From the NCBI GenBank assembly GCA_964247055.1, contig OZ176055.1, positions 1,550,001 through 1,614,000 on the forward strand: a stretch of DNA of 64,000 bases. The letters run 5' to 3'. The notes below the pieces were generated by a model. It made no database searches. It saw only the letters and a list, made by a program, of their open reading frames with translations, and was not told where the DNA came from. This DNA is from Paragordius varius. Taxonomy: Eukaryota > Animalia > Nematomorpha. The translations under genes were made by a program, and so were the position numbers. Each line of letters begins with the position of its first letter. Position 1 is the first letter of the stretch. Shown piece after piece: positions 40,270 through 53,920 of the stretch.

Positions 40270-41560
40270 CAGGTAAATATATATTTGTGAAAATTTAAGT
40301 AGATTTTTGTCTTTTATGTTTTGCATTATTTTTATCAGGTAAAAATTGCGGTTTTTAATAAATTTTCTAAAAATTAAGTTTTTTTTGTTTTTTAGGTTTT
40401 GCATTGTTAGTTGTAATTAATTACTACATATTTTGGACATTATAATAAATAGAGGTAAAAATTGCGGTTTTTAATAAATTTACTAAAAATTTAGTTTTTT
40501 AGGTTTTGCATTGTTAATTGTAATTAACTACTACATATTTTGGACATTTTAATAATTACAGGTAAAAATTGCGGTTTTTAATAAATTTACTAAAAATTTT
40601 GTTTTTTTTGTTTTTTTAGGTTTTGCATTGTTAATTGTAATTAACTACTACATATTTTAGACATTTTAATAATTACAGGTAAAAATTGCGGTTTTAACAA
40701 ATTTAGTAAAAATTTAGTTTTTTTTGTTTTTTTTAGGTTTTGCATTGTTAATTGTAACTAACTACTGCATATTTTGGACATTATAATAATTACAAAATTT
40801 AGTAAAAAGTTAATTTTTTTGTTTTAGAGGATTTTCATTGTTAATTGTAATTAATTAATTTTGGACATTTCAATTAATAAAGGTAAAAAATGAGGTTGTT
40901 TTTATATTTAATAAAATTTAATATTTTCTTGTTTTTTTATTTAATATTGTTAATTGTAATTAATTACTACATATTTTGGACATTTTAATTATTACAGGTA
41001 AAAATTGCGGTTTTTAACAAATTTAGTAAAAATTTTGTTTTTTTAGGTTTTGTATTGTTAATTGTAATTAACTACTACATATTTTGGACATTTTAATAAT
41101 TACAGGTAAAAATTGCGGTTTTTAACAAATTCAGTAAAAATTTAGTTTTTTTTGTTTTTTTTAGGTTTTGCATTGTTAATTGTAACTAACTACTGCATAT
41201 TTTGGACATTATAATAATTACAAAATTTAGTAAAAAGTTAATTTTTTTGTTTTAGAGGATTTTCATTGTTAATTGTAATTAATTAATTTTGGACATTTCA
41301 ATTAATAAAGGTAAAAAATGAGGTTGTTTTTATATTTAATAAAATTTAATATTTTCTTGTTTTTTTATTTAATATTGTTAATTGTAATTAATTACTACAT
41401 ATTTGGAAATTTTAATAAATACAGGTGAAAATGGCGGTTTTTAACAAATTTCAAATGTAACATTTTTTGTATCTTGTATCATTGTTATTTAATTAATTAC
41501 TAAATATGGACATTTAAAAAACTTGTGTAAATTGCGGTTTTTATTAAATTAGTAAATTTT
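40270..41560 (+). repeat. ~105-120 bp tandem satellite with ~430 bp higher-order duplication
   Basis: Unit caggtaaaaattgcggttttt...ttaggttttgcattgttaattgtaattaactactacatattttggacatt at ~40337, 40452, 40559, 40676, 40880, 40996, 41103, 41309, 41422; ~40559-40995 repeats as ~40996-41421. Confidence 0.9.
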
Positions 41561-43973
41561 ATTTTTTGTTCAACCTTGCTAATTTATTTATCACTATATA
41601 TTTGTGATACATTGATATATACAGGTAAAAATTACTATGACTTGCGGTTTTTTGAATTTTTTAAAATATTTTTTTTACATTAATAACTTATATAATAAAT
41701 ATAGTTAACATATCTGAGTAGGTAAAAATGTATGTTACGGTTTGTTTGACATTTTATTTTCCATCAACTATTTATATTTTAACAAACAACTTGTGTCACC
41801 AAAGATTGAAAATAAGATCAAGATATATAAAACATATTTTAAAGTATCTGAATATCGCCAAATATAAATAAATTTATTTAAATTATAAATGTATAATTAT
41901 ACAAAATATTCATATTATGTTTGAAATTAACATTCTTCTTATTGATATTAATACAGGTAATTTGTTTATATAATTGATGTACGATGCGGTGTGCATAACG
42001 ATACTATAACATTGACGTCAAAAGGAGTTTGTTTAATCGTAAAATTTTAAGAATAAATTAAACATCGTTTTAGAATAATAATTGAATTAGTTTTACTTTA
42101 ATTGACGTAAAACAGTGCTATAAATTAAAAGTAATTAAATATTTCGATATTCAATCGGATAAAAAAATTTTTTTTATGGGTATTGGGTATAAATCAAGAG
42201 TATTTTATCAACTTTTATTGTGATTATAAAAATTCACGCAGTTAAATCAAATTAGAATTTTGTAGAGATTTTAACAAGGATTTATTAATATTTTAATGAG
42301 GTTAAAAAGATTAAAATTTTCGAATTCCTTAAAAACGAGAGTGTACAATGTTTTAGTATATCACAGATTCTAACTTTTAGACAAAAAATACGTTTATATT
42401 ATGAATGAGTCGCAAAATATTAAATTATTTTTTTTTCGTATAAATTATAAGTAATATAAGCTCTAGTCCCACATTTAAATCCACTAAATAGGGGGTAGAG
42501 TGCTTTTTAAGACAAAAAATTAGCCAAGTGCGCGATATACATTTTAATGTGCTTAAATATATAGCAATTAGATATTTGGAAAAGACATACTTTCTTTAAA
42601 AGTCAATGATAAAGCATTTTAATGGTAATTTATGAAATTCGAATGATGGAAACGTTAAATCTTAAATATTAAAAAAACATTTAGTCAAAACCGAAGTACA
42701 TTTTTCACCTCGGTATTCAGTTTAAAAGAATTGGCCTTGTATAAATGAACATAAAGTTAATTAAAATATTGAGATAATAATTGGCGGCATCGAATAGCTA
42801 TATAAATTAAAATCGTTTTACACCGTTTTCAACAAGTTATATGCTAAAAAAATACGCCTCAACAAAATTTGACTAATATATAAATTTATTTATAAAAATA
42901 AATTAAAAAATGCAAAAATATAATGTAATTCTATTGAAGGAGGCAACTATCAAAAAGATTCCAAACGTTGAATATTTTTGAAAATTGGAAAGATTTAACA
43001 ACACTCGAAAATATAAAATGGTAAAATAGCAGACATCCAGAACCATACATTACCTTTTTTGGAATTGTTTAACCTAAATCGCGGTTTTAAATGGCAAAAA
43101 TATGATATTTTATTTTTATATTTTCCGTGTTTATTTCCTGGAAAGTGGCGGCAAAAACTTTAAATAATTCGCCACTAAATACCAATGTTTAAAATATTTG
43201 ACCGAAACTCCTAAATTTTTGTAATCGGAATTACCACCATTTGTCATGTATGAAAAAGAAACCACTAGGAATGACTTGCGACTGGAGTGTGAAACTCCCA
43301 ACAAATGTTGGACTACAAATAAATTCTACTTTGCCCTCAAAATGCTATTTTATTTTTACTGTGATTTTATAAAAATTTACAGAAAGAATTTAAAATGTTT
43401 AGAAGTGTATTTGCAGTGTTTAGCCTTACTCGAACATACTAAAGTAGGGGTGCTAATGCGGCTTTATTTAATGTACCGCTGGCGAAAAATTTGGAAATTA
43501 CCAAATAATATGGACAACCTATAATTTGCAAAAGTTCATAATATGTTGGCAAAATTGATATTTTTGAATAAAAATTGAAGATTAATGAAATTAATAATGT
43601 TATAGCATTCAGTTTTTTACATTGTCATGTTTAAAATCTAATGATATGCCATATATTTTTCTAATGTGGCTTGCAATTTTTTTCGTCAAAAATGCGGACT
43701 TGGTTACCCTTGATCTACTGGTAGATTCATTTTAACGTCTAAAATCGAATAAAAATATATTTTAACTTAAATTAATATTACAAATAATTAGGACAATATT
43801 TATTTTGATAAAAAGAGCACGGATTCCCCAAGGTTACAATTACAAAGATTGTTTTACCATTAAGGATTTTGTTGTATGTTTAGAGTGTCTCTCCCTAATC
43901 GCATTTCATTATATCAAAAGTTAAAAGTTGGAAGATAGTTTTTCAAAAAACATTCATTGTCATTGATATAAAA

Positions 43974-46900
43974 CAGTGATACTCAAACCGCGGCCTGCGG
44001 GCCGCATGCGGCTGTAAGTGTGCTTTAAAATTGCCCTAAACCATATTGATACTTAATTTTTTTTAATTGATAAAATATTTATTTTTTACCCAATTTGAAA
44101 TGTAGAAAAATTTTCCTACATTAAAATGATTTTAAAATTTGTGATTTATGGGCACACGTTGTTTCTTTTTCTTTTTCTGTATTCTATTTTCTATTCTTTT
44201 TGAAATTTTTTTTTGCATTTCATTTTTGTTTTCACCCATTGCACATACTTTTCATTGCTATCCTGAATCATTTTTATAACTCATTCCCATAAAATATTTT
44301 CAACTCGACATCATTAAATTTCGACCTGTTTTTTATAGCATAATTCAGTTTATATTCCTATTTTTTACATAATATTTAAACATAAATTCAAAGGATGACA
44401 TCTAATGCCAAAAACGTAAATTATCCGATGAAAATGGCTCCTTTAAAAAGGAATGCGAAAATAATTTTTTTGTCGTTTTAAATAACAAGGTTGCTACCTG
44501 CCTTATATGCAAGACAACATAATTACAAAAAAATACAATATTGAAAGACATTTTAAAATCCATTATTCTCATAAATTACCAGAAAATCATGAGGAAAGAA
44601 ACGAAAAATATAAAAATTTTAAGGAATTATACGAGAGAGAAAAATCTATTATGGCCATAGCTTTTTCCCAGGAAAAATCTGTAACATTAGCTTCGTATGA
44701 AATTTGCTATATTTTAGGAAAAAATATCAAATTTTACAAATTTCCAACTCATAAAAGAATGTTAAGTAATTGCACTTTTTTATTTGATAAATTCCATAAT
44801 AAAGATTAAATCATGAGGCAAATTAAATACTTCAACTTTCTGATTCAACATGTGTTTGACGCATTGAAGATATGTCTATATATTTTTAACAATACATTAT
44901 TGGCTCTAAAAAACTGCAAATATTTTGGTATTGCTATTGATTCTAGAACTGATATTAGTTCAAAACATCAATGGGTGCTCTTCGTGAGATTTCGCAACGA
45001 CAACATAATCAACGAGGAATATTTAAAATATTTATTAATGAATAATACAACGAAAGGAAGTGATTTTTACGAAATAATTAGCGCTTTTTTCGATAATAAT
45101 GGTATATCTATGAAAAAATTGGTTTCGATCTGCACAGATGGCGGTCCCTCTATGATTGGAATAAAAAAAGATTATTCCTCTTTTGAAAAACAAATATTAT
45201 TTGCGAAAAATTTTATCCTTTCACTGCTTTATTCATCCGCAAAACTTGATTTCGCAGAGATTTGCAGTTTTTGCAGTTAGGTAGAAATATTTTTATTGGA
45301 CACAAAACAAAAGTTTTTATGTCGACTAAGAATGATGAGCCGGACTTTTCGCGATTCGGTCGAAATCGTCTGCCTTGATATTTGAAGAACACACCAAAAC
45401 CATCAAATACATATTATATATTTATACTTTAGGGATATGGATGATTCATTATTTGTAAAGAGTGCAATCCAAAGAGGCTTATTACCCTGATGAAGTTTTT
45501 CGATACTCGGAAATGAATTCTTTTTTAATAAAAGTCGAGTCACTCGTAAAACTTCAGTTGTTTAGAGGAACAGTACCTATGCCACAGGAAAATTAAAGAT
45601 AAGTACCTTTTTCTACTAAATTATATTAATAATCTTTTAATCATATATTCTTATAAATTTTATTTGGGTTATCGTCTGCTCGGTTAAATCATTATTGTTT
45701 TTTTGTCGTTAACGTTTCATTTAATTAAAACTATTGTCGCATATCAACACTCAATTATTATCAAACCTCTGTTCCAAAAATCAAACAATAATGTCCTTTC
45801 CAAAGCGCAGGTTATGTACGGTATTTTTTTTAATTCCTTTTTTTTCTAATAAGGAAATTTAATAACACTAACTTACAGTAAAAAATTAAATTACAATAAT
45901 ATTTTATATACATACATATATATATATACAAACATTTGCAATCATAATAATTTTATTAGAAAAGTTTTAAAAGGTTTTTTCCAAATACTTATTTAGCTCG
46001 CGGTACTCTGACAATTGGTTCACCAATTGTACTAAGGGGTGTACCCCGTGCTATTGTCATTGTCTCTTGGTTTCGCATGTAAAAGATGAATCACTCAATT
46101 CAGTAATTAAAACGGTTGTGGATACAGTTAGCAACATCCGTGGCAGATAATTCAGCCGCCGTAAATTCAAAAACCTTCTGAAAGATATCCACAGTGAATG
46201 TTATGCTATTCGTTTGTACACCGCTGTGAGATGGCTAACACTTGGGAAAATATTAAATAGATTTTTTTAAGTGTTATAAATAACATAAATTTAGACGAGG
46301 AAATTAATAGTGAAAAATAGTGGGTTTAATTAGCCTGCCTTTGCGTCATTATATATAAACTAAGTATTTTTAAAATACAAGTCTTCAAGGGAGCAAAATA
46401 ATATTCCAATTTGCAAATCATATACTTTTAAGAAATTAATAATATATAGATTTTATAAATAAATAAAACACTCTTATATTTTCCAACACTTAAACGATTC
46501 ATGAGGAAAATTTGGAATTTACTGGAGATTAATTTAATAATAGACATTTATTTAACATTTTTATCTAATGAATTTCCAGAATTTGAAATGTTAAAAATTG
46601 ATTAAAACTGTTGATCCATGGCATATAGATATATCAAATATTAAACAACTTGAGCATTTCTTTGATCAAGCGCATGCCATTGAAGAATTCGTAGATTTTA
46701 AAAATGATTACAATTTGGTGGCTTCAAGGAGAATCGTAAAGAAAATGATATGTAGGGTTTTGGTAAGATGTACCAAATAAGTATGAAAATATATAAAAAT
46801 TTGCTCAAGTTATCCTAACCGTTTTGGCATATTCAAATTTGAATTATGCAAGAATACCTACAGAATAACCGATGATCATATGGACGACGTATTAAGATTG

Positions 46901-47150
46901 GCCTGTCATGAGCGAAACCAAATTTGTCAAAAATTATTGGTTAATATCAAAATAAATGTTGTTATCAATTTTATTATCTAAATCAGCACCATGAATTTTT
47001 TGCGGATCGCATGTTAAAAACTCGTTTTGCACCATTTAGTTTGATATGTGCATATGTGTCAAATAGCTATGGAATATTTGTCATTATAAGGTTCATGGCC
47101 TTCGAAAAAAAAATTTATTTGGCCCGTTAAATTTTTAGGAAAGTTTGAGT
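43974..47150 (+). mobile_element. Second copy of the same hAT family, with an ~0.8 kb unrelated insertion at ~45250-46070
   Basis: Terminal cagtgatactcaaaccgcggcctgcgggccgcatgcggc; ORFs 44507-44809 (KKYNIERHF) and 44813-45280 (YFGIAIDSRTD...LVSICTDGGPSMIG); tggcccg...aaagtttgag near 47120-47150. Confidence 0.88.
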
Positions 47151-47850
47151 TATGGTCTTAAGCTTAATCCTAACAAAACCAAAATATTATGCACTGGAGA
47201 AAAGCCTACAATTATTATAGAAGGAGTAGAAATAGAAATGGTTAAACAGTTAACGTTTTTGGGCGCAATAATTTCAGAGGATGGGTCTTCAACTTCTGAC
47301 ATCAGAAAGAGAATAGGATTGGGTAGAGAAGCGATGACCAAATTAATAAAGATTTAGAAAAACAAAAGCGTAGGAGTTGAAACCAAAAAAAGATTACTCT
47401 ACTGTTTCGTTCTCCCGGTCACCACATATGGATGTGAGAGTTGGACTCTCAGAAAAAGGGACAAAGAAAGGCTCATGGTTTTTGAAAGGAGCTGTTGGCG
47501 TAGGATGCTAGGATACACCTGGAAGGATAAAATTAAGAATGGAAATCTAACTACAGAAATAAAACCTAAAACAAACATCCTGGAGATAATTCTAAAAAGA
47601 AAGTTAACATAATTTGGTCATGTCATGCGATCGAATTCTCTGGAGAAAGATACAATGTTTTGGAAGGTAGAAGGGCAAAGGAAACGAGACCGACCACCGA
47701 TGAGGTGGTTGGATACGATAAAAGAAGAGACTAAAATGACATTAAACGATCTCAATATAGCGGTAAAAGATAGAAGAAAACGGAAAGAATTAGTTAAAAC
47801 TATATCCAAAAAGTCGTTTACGACTTAGGATAAACCAAGCAACCAAATTT
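47145..47850 (+). mobile_element. RTE-type LINE 3' fragment (different subfamily)
   Basis: KTKIL...FLGAIISEDG...DIRKRIGLG, TYGCESWTL, GQRKRDRPPMRWLDTI. Confidence 0.88.
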
Positions 47851-48449
47851 TTTTAGCACTGATCCAATGGATAATAAAATGGTTTATAAATATTTTCAAA
47901 ATTTATTTGCGGACCGATAGGGGACTTCTTTGGCCCACCGAATAAATTATTTATTAGATACCGGGTTCCGAATTTTTCCATGTCTAAGTCTATTAGCCCT
48001 AAAACTGTTGGTTTAAGAAATCGACAGATTATTTAAATTAGAATTGGCGACCAGTCGACCCAACACAAAGCCAGAAAACGTAAGCTTCTACACAGTGGAT
48101 ATACTTAAGAAAAACGGGTGGATAAGCGATTTTTAAATTAATACTAATAATTATTACTATCAGTTAAAAACTCACATATCATACTGACATTTATGCGATA
48201 GCCGCTAAGGTCTAATTGGTGATTTTTCGTGACCGAAAAGACGCTTGCCATTGACAAAGCTTACCAGCCATTTCTGACGATTACTACTCGAAAAGGATTT
48301 TTACATTACTATCAAATTCCTTTCTTATTAACACCCGCCCTCTTAATTTTTCAAAGATGTTTGAAAATCTTTCGGCCACTTATCAAGTACGTGAGAAATT
48401 ACAAGGCTAGAATGGTCAATAAAGAGAAAACGGAACCACTATGAGGAGT

Positions 48450-49050
48450 TAAACAGTAAACAAAGTCAAAATAATTTTTTAAAGTTGCTCGACAAAGACA
48501 CATAAGAAAGCACTTGCCCCGTTATGCGACCGCTATTAAAGATAAAAACTGTTAATTACACTTTGATGAAGAGAAAGTTTCGAACAGGTGGAAAGAATAT
48601 AGGACCTGAATTGAAGGGGATTAAAACAAATACACCAAATTTTATGTCTGCGCATACTGAAAGTATTACTATTGGTTTAGAAGAGATGTCTTTAAAGTTG
48701 CAGGTTCAGATGATAATTTAAACTGTTGAAAATAATGTTAAAGAAAAGTCCTGAATTTTCAACGGATATTTTTAATAATATAATTACTTTAGGTATGATA
48801 CCATCCAAATGGAAAGAGAGTTTGACTGTTCTTCTTATAAGGGTAAAGGAGATATCAATGATAACAAATACACAATATGTTGTCTCATCGAGAGAAGTTT
48901 TTGAGAAAGTACTAGAAAAACGGATGAGAAAAATGGTTAGTATAGAGCAGGGGTGGGTCCATGCGGCCTGTGATTTGCATCCGTCCCTCCACTCAAACAA
49001 AATGGCGTATGGAGATTTAACACCTTTTATAAAACATAGGAATGTATAAC
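48450..49050 (+). mobile_element. Decayed LINE reverse-transcriptase fragment
   Basis: ORF 48726-49049 DIFNNIITLGMIPSKWKESLTVLL...VFEKVLEKRM resembles the RT N-terminal region. Confidence 0.6.
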
Positions 49051-49179
49051 AAACTTGCTACAACCTTTTTTTATTTAATAATAAATGGGTTATACTCAGG
49101 GAAAAATCCATTCTAAAACTAATACACAGGACACAATGAGATAAAAATATTTAAATCACAAGCTCGCATTTCGTATTTT

Positions 49180-49790
49180 AACCCTATTCAGGCAATAACC
49201 TAACCCTATGGGCAAAAAATAGCGATGCCTGCCAATTGTACACTATCTCGAATATCTGCCCTGGTAAAATTAAAGACCTAAATATGGGAGCGACCTTACA
49301 TGCGTATTGATGGTCCAGTAGTCCGTGAATACTGGTTATATGGATAGCAACCCCTATTGGTAAAAGTGGATACACTCAAAGCGATAACTTTGAGTTTCTA
49401 AAGTGACTTGAACACATCGCTGATTTCGGATCCCTTAGAATCAACCGACAATGCCAGATTTAAAAGAAGTTGAATTGGTTTTGAATGAATACAATATATA
49501 AAAATTCGCACCACTTCATCATGAATTGGCGGAAAGAGTAAACTTTGAAAACTAAATATTAAAAAAGCGAATATAATGCATGCGTCAAAAGAAATAAACG
49601 GTGTTTATTCCTAGAAGAGTTTTCATGCGTCATCAAAAGAGAATCCGTTCTTTGTTACTGCGCAAAGTTTACAGTATCTCGTGGGTAAAGTCGATTCCTG
49701 CCAATTATATATATATATATATGTATCATAAGGTAAAACCAAGTCGGGAATCTTAGAATCCACCTATTTGTATTAAGGGGGCGAAGGTAT
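49180..49790 (+). mobile_element. Decayed integrase remnant, possible PPT
   Basis: TDNARFKRS and HELAERVN fragments; ttaagggggcgaag at ~49773. Confidence 0.45.
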
Positions 49791-51884
49791 TATGCTGATC
49801 ATATGATGGAAAGAGGGCTCATTTTGCTGACTCAGGATAATGGGAGGAGACGGCCATAAAATCTCTGATCAGCTGACTGGTTCCAGGGTAAATACATCGT
49901 TTCCAATTATTACAACTTATTAAAAACCAAACATACTGAGCAGCATTGTTACAAAAACAAATACACCGCTCATGAACACAATCATATCTTTAACATAGTA
50001 TACCTATCCTAGCCAGGAGTCTCATACCTCGAAATAAGATACCGTTGTGGAAGCGTCAGGGGTAAACTAAAGGATAAACCAATGAAACATCATGGATATT
50101 AATTGATGACATATAATTACATACATCGTAAATAAATCATGCACACATAGTTCGTATTTCTTATCATATTTAGTTTTAGAAAGCAATTACAACTGGTTAG
50201 ATTATTAATAGCATTTGTTCGCGGAGATAGAGTTTACTTTTTATGTTATCACATTATAAATTAATTCTAAAACATCCAATACCAAAATAGCTTTTTTTTT
50301 AGATCCCTTTGCAATTTTTCATGATAAAAAATGAATTTCTTTTACGGTAAATAAAAAAATCATATTGTGATTTGCATTAAATAAAATTTAAATTTAACAG
50401 TCTATTAGAGGGAGCGAAATAATTCCGAGCCTACCGCAAATAGATTACCAAACACTTCCTTCATCTTACTGCTATTTTTAGTCTTTGCTAGTACCCTGAT
50501 AAATACCATTAATTTCTACCCCTATAATTTTACCATTATCCTAAATTTTATTTAGTAAAACAATTTGACATTTTTCCAACCTAGAAGCAATAAAATATAA
50601 ACAAACCCTCACTTATTGAATTAAATTTTTTTTATTAATTGCTATTTTTATTTAAAGCAATTTTTGTCATGTATACTATTCCTCAATCATTTTTTAGATA
50701 ACCTCATATTGACCTTAACTGGTAAAATATTGGCTAAATACTGCAGGAGGTTTTAGTTTGATAGCCCAGAGCCATTTTAAATTTAAATATCTAAAATATT
50801 TCTAGCATAGGGTTAAATTAAAATAGATGCTTCGATAGCCTTTTTGGCGCCTGATATAAATTTTTTATTATAAAAAAGCAAAATCGTATGATTCGTCGCC
50901 ATTTTTTTCATCTGGATTTTTTTAAATCGCTAATATGACTGGCAAATAATGTATTGTAATGTTTAAAATATACATATTAATTTTAAAACGGTTTCAAATA
51001 ATATTTTACCAGTAAATTTATATTTATAGATAATATCAGCTTGCTACCATCTACTTTTGGAGCTATCCGAATTCTGGACTCTAGAAGATAATAACTGTAA
51101 AAATAGGTTGCATATAAAAAAAGAGAGGGTTTGGTATTAAACTTAAATCAAAACAACTCAAAACAGTAGTTTGTTTACGACTTTAAGTGCTAGGAACTAT
51201 CCCAAAAATGATGTGTTAATATCCTCATCATGGGTCTTTGATAAAATAAATTAGGATTTATTATGGTAAATTAATTTTTTTTTCTAATATAATTATACTA
51301 TTCTAAAATTATATTTTAAAAAATGAATGCTAAATTTGTCAAATTATTTTTAAGTTTATTTTGATAACTTTATAAAACTACGGACTAATAAAATTATAGT
51401 AGGAATTTGTATTCAAAAACGATAACAACTTAATAGCTAGGATATTTAAAATCGAAAAAGTGCATGATCATCAGTCTAAGCTAGCTTTTTAGGCGCTGTT
51501 TATTTTCAAGGGGTAGAAACTTATTATGTATTAGTTTACGCCAATCCTATTCAAACCACAGCCCTGTCTCTGATTAATATTAATTTTTGGAATTACTTAT
51601 TTGGATGATAACTATCTCCAAATGTGTCAGATAGCTATGAAATTTTGATCGATATTATGACAATTGAGACAAGACAAATACCTTTTTTTCGGATCCTTTA
51701 AATTTTTGGTGAGTACCACTGATTTAAACCATATCTAATATTTTTTAGAATGTTAAAGGGTTTTTAACAAATTAATATGTAATATACACATAAATAATAT
51801 TTGATGATGCTGATGAAATTTATTATGTTAAAAATTATTAAACCAAAAAATTATAAATTTTTACACCAAAAAAATATTTAAAAG

Positions 51885-53878
51885 CTACGAGTTCATTTCA
51901 TTGTCACAATTTTCGGACACCTCATTAGCCGTACATGAGAAGAGTTTTGCTACCTCTGACATAGAACCAAGCGCCAAAAACATATCTTCTGTCTCAGTTT
52001 CATCGAATTCAAATGGACTGTTACAATATTCCTAGTTAGAATATTAAATATATAAACAGTTGCGTGCACAAAATCGGGGCACTATTTGAAACATCCGGAT
52101 TAAATATATCTATTTAAACAGAAAAATGGATTACGGCATTAATTATTTATAAACTAATTTTGTTTTTTAACGCAAAAAACAATAAATTAGCTCAAACATT
52201 AAACATCAAAATTAAAATATTTTGGTTGGCTTGTTGTTATGTTAACATATAAAACAACGTCTTTTTTTAGAAAATTTAGAGATTTAATTCATAAATTAAA
52301 ACATCAAGTTTTGACCAAATAAAAAATATAGCCGATTTGACTGCTCATGACTACAGCTTGTCGTGATAACCATTCAGATAAAACCATAATTTGTAGCTAA
52401 ATAAATAATAACTGATAGATAAATTTTTAAATTTGTTTATGCTGATTTCATAACACCTGTTAAAAAACTCTGTTTAAATTATCTGACTGATGAATTATCA
52501 TTCAGAATGTCATGTTAAAACTGTAAAGCCAACTTCATATGTTAGTTTGAAGCGTATTAATTTCTTTATGCGAAAATTATACATTAAATTGCCTCATTAT
52601 ACTAATTACATTACCTTCAACATGGAATCAATTTGTATATCCAACTGTTCTTGTTGTTCATTTAGAATTTTCTATGCAAAAATTTGTAAAGAATATAGGG
52701 TAAAATTATTATCTCAATTTTATTTTTAAATAAAGTTAAAAAAAACAGGCAAATTTTTACCTTTGCCATATCAAATGAACTCTGCAATAGTTTTGTATGC
52801 TCATAAGCTTCATCATTGCACGTTGAATTTTCTATCACATAATAGATTTTAAAATCATTATGATCATATTATACCATTTAAAGTTTAAATTCACCCTAGA
52901 ACAATTCAATTTCACTCTAAAATTAATTATGTGTTTTTTAAAAATTACCATTATTTTATAATATTTTTAAATATGAAATTTTATCTAAAATTAATATAAT
53001 GCTGAAAAAATAATAAACATGTCGTAAAAATAAATTTCATATTATTGATGAGTTTTATGACACATAATTAATTTTTAAAGTGAATTTGAATTGTTCACGG
53101 GTGGATTTGAATTGTAAATGGTATATTATTGCAAATTATTAATTGAACATATTGAATAAAATAATTATTACCATCATAGGGTAGGAGCCAATTACCAATC
53201 CAGAAATTATTGCTAATCAGTCATAAAATGGAAGCATAAATTAATTACATAAAATAAAATATTTGAAATAATAATAATATTCGTGGATTGTTACTTACAT
53301 AAATTTAGAGTTGTTTTCCAAATTTATAATGGGCAAATCACTAAACCATAAAAATATAATTTAATATGATTCAATAATAAAAATTATTTTATAATATGTC
53401 ATTTTTAACCCTATGTGCAAAACAAATTATGTTTTTAACCATTTCTAAATTATAATTATTTAATATTCGAATAAAGTAATGTGTATAAATGATGGGGAAG
53501 CAGGATCACTGATTAGAGGTAATAGCGAATTTACGACTTAATAATTAAAAAATCCAAGACAGATAAAAAAAATCCTAAAAGAGCATTATGTGTCTACCAG
53601 TGACAAGTTTACATTAACATATATGTAGCAAAAATGGAAAAGGGTATAGTTTTTAAAATTTTTATATCGTTTTTTGTTGTTAAGAGCAATTAAGAACGTG
53701 TCTTTGAAAAGCAATTATTCCGAAAACGAGATGGCTCTTAAAATTACAGAACCTGGAAACGTTAAAATATAAGGGAAAATATTTTTATATTAAACACAAC
53801 CATACTTTTTAAAATTTTATTTTTTCTCAAAAAAGCTATTTAGTTACAATTTGTAATATACGGGATTCATTGTGTTAG

Positions 53879-53920
<42 letters not shown>

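Larger units (their letters stand above)
34296..43150 (+). repeat. Second array of the ~1.9 kb unit (two units plus a partial third)
   Basis: Marker at ~34296 and ~36145; unit 2 carries LTR and TTAA-MITE insertions; partial unit 41995-43150 is nearly identical to 35040-35940. Confidence 0.88.
31830..50300 (+). pseudogene. Family B copy 2: M13-like pseudogene with triplication and many insertions
   Basis: Colinear with copy 1 from ~31400 to ~43970 (ORF 43246-43524 contains ETPNKCWTT). The 3' remnant NIMD at ~50087 matches 18849 of copy 1. Confidence 0.6.

Noticed and set aside
40270-41560. Satellite as a CRISPR array or repeat-protein CDS
   Set aside because: No unique spacers, and stops in all frames of each unit.
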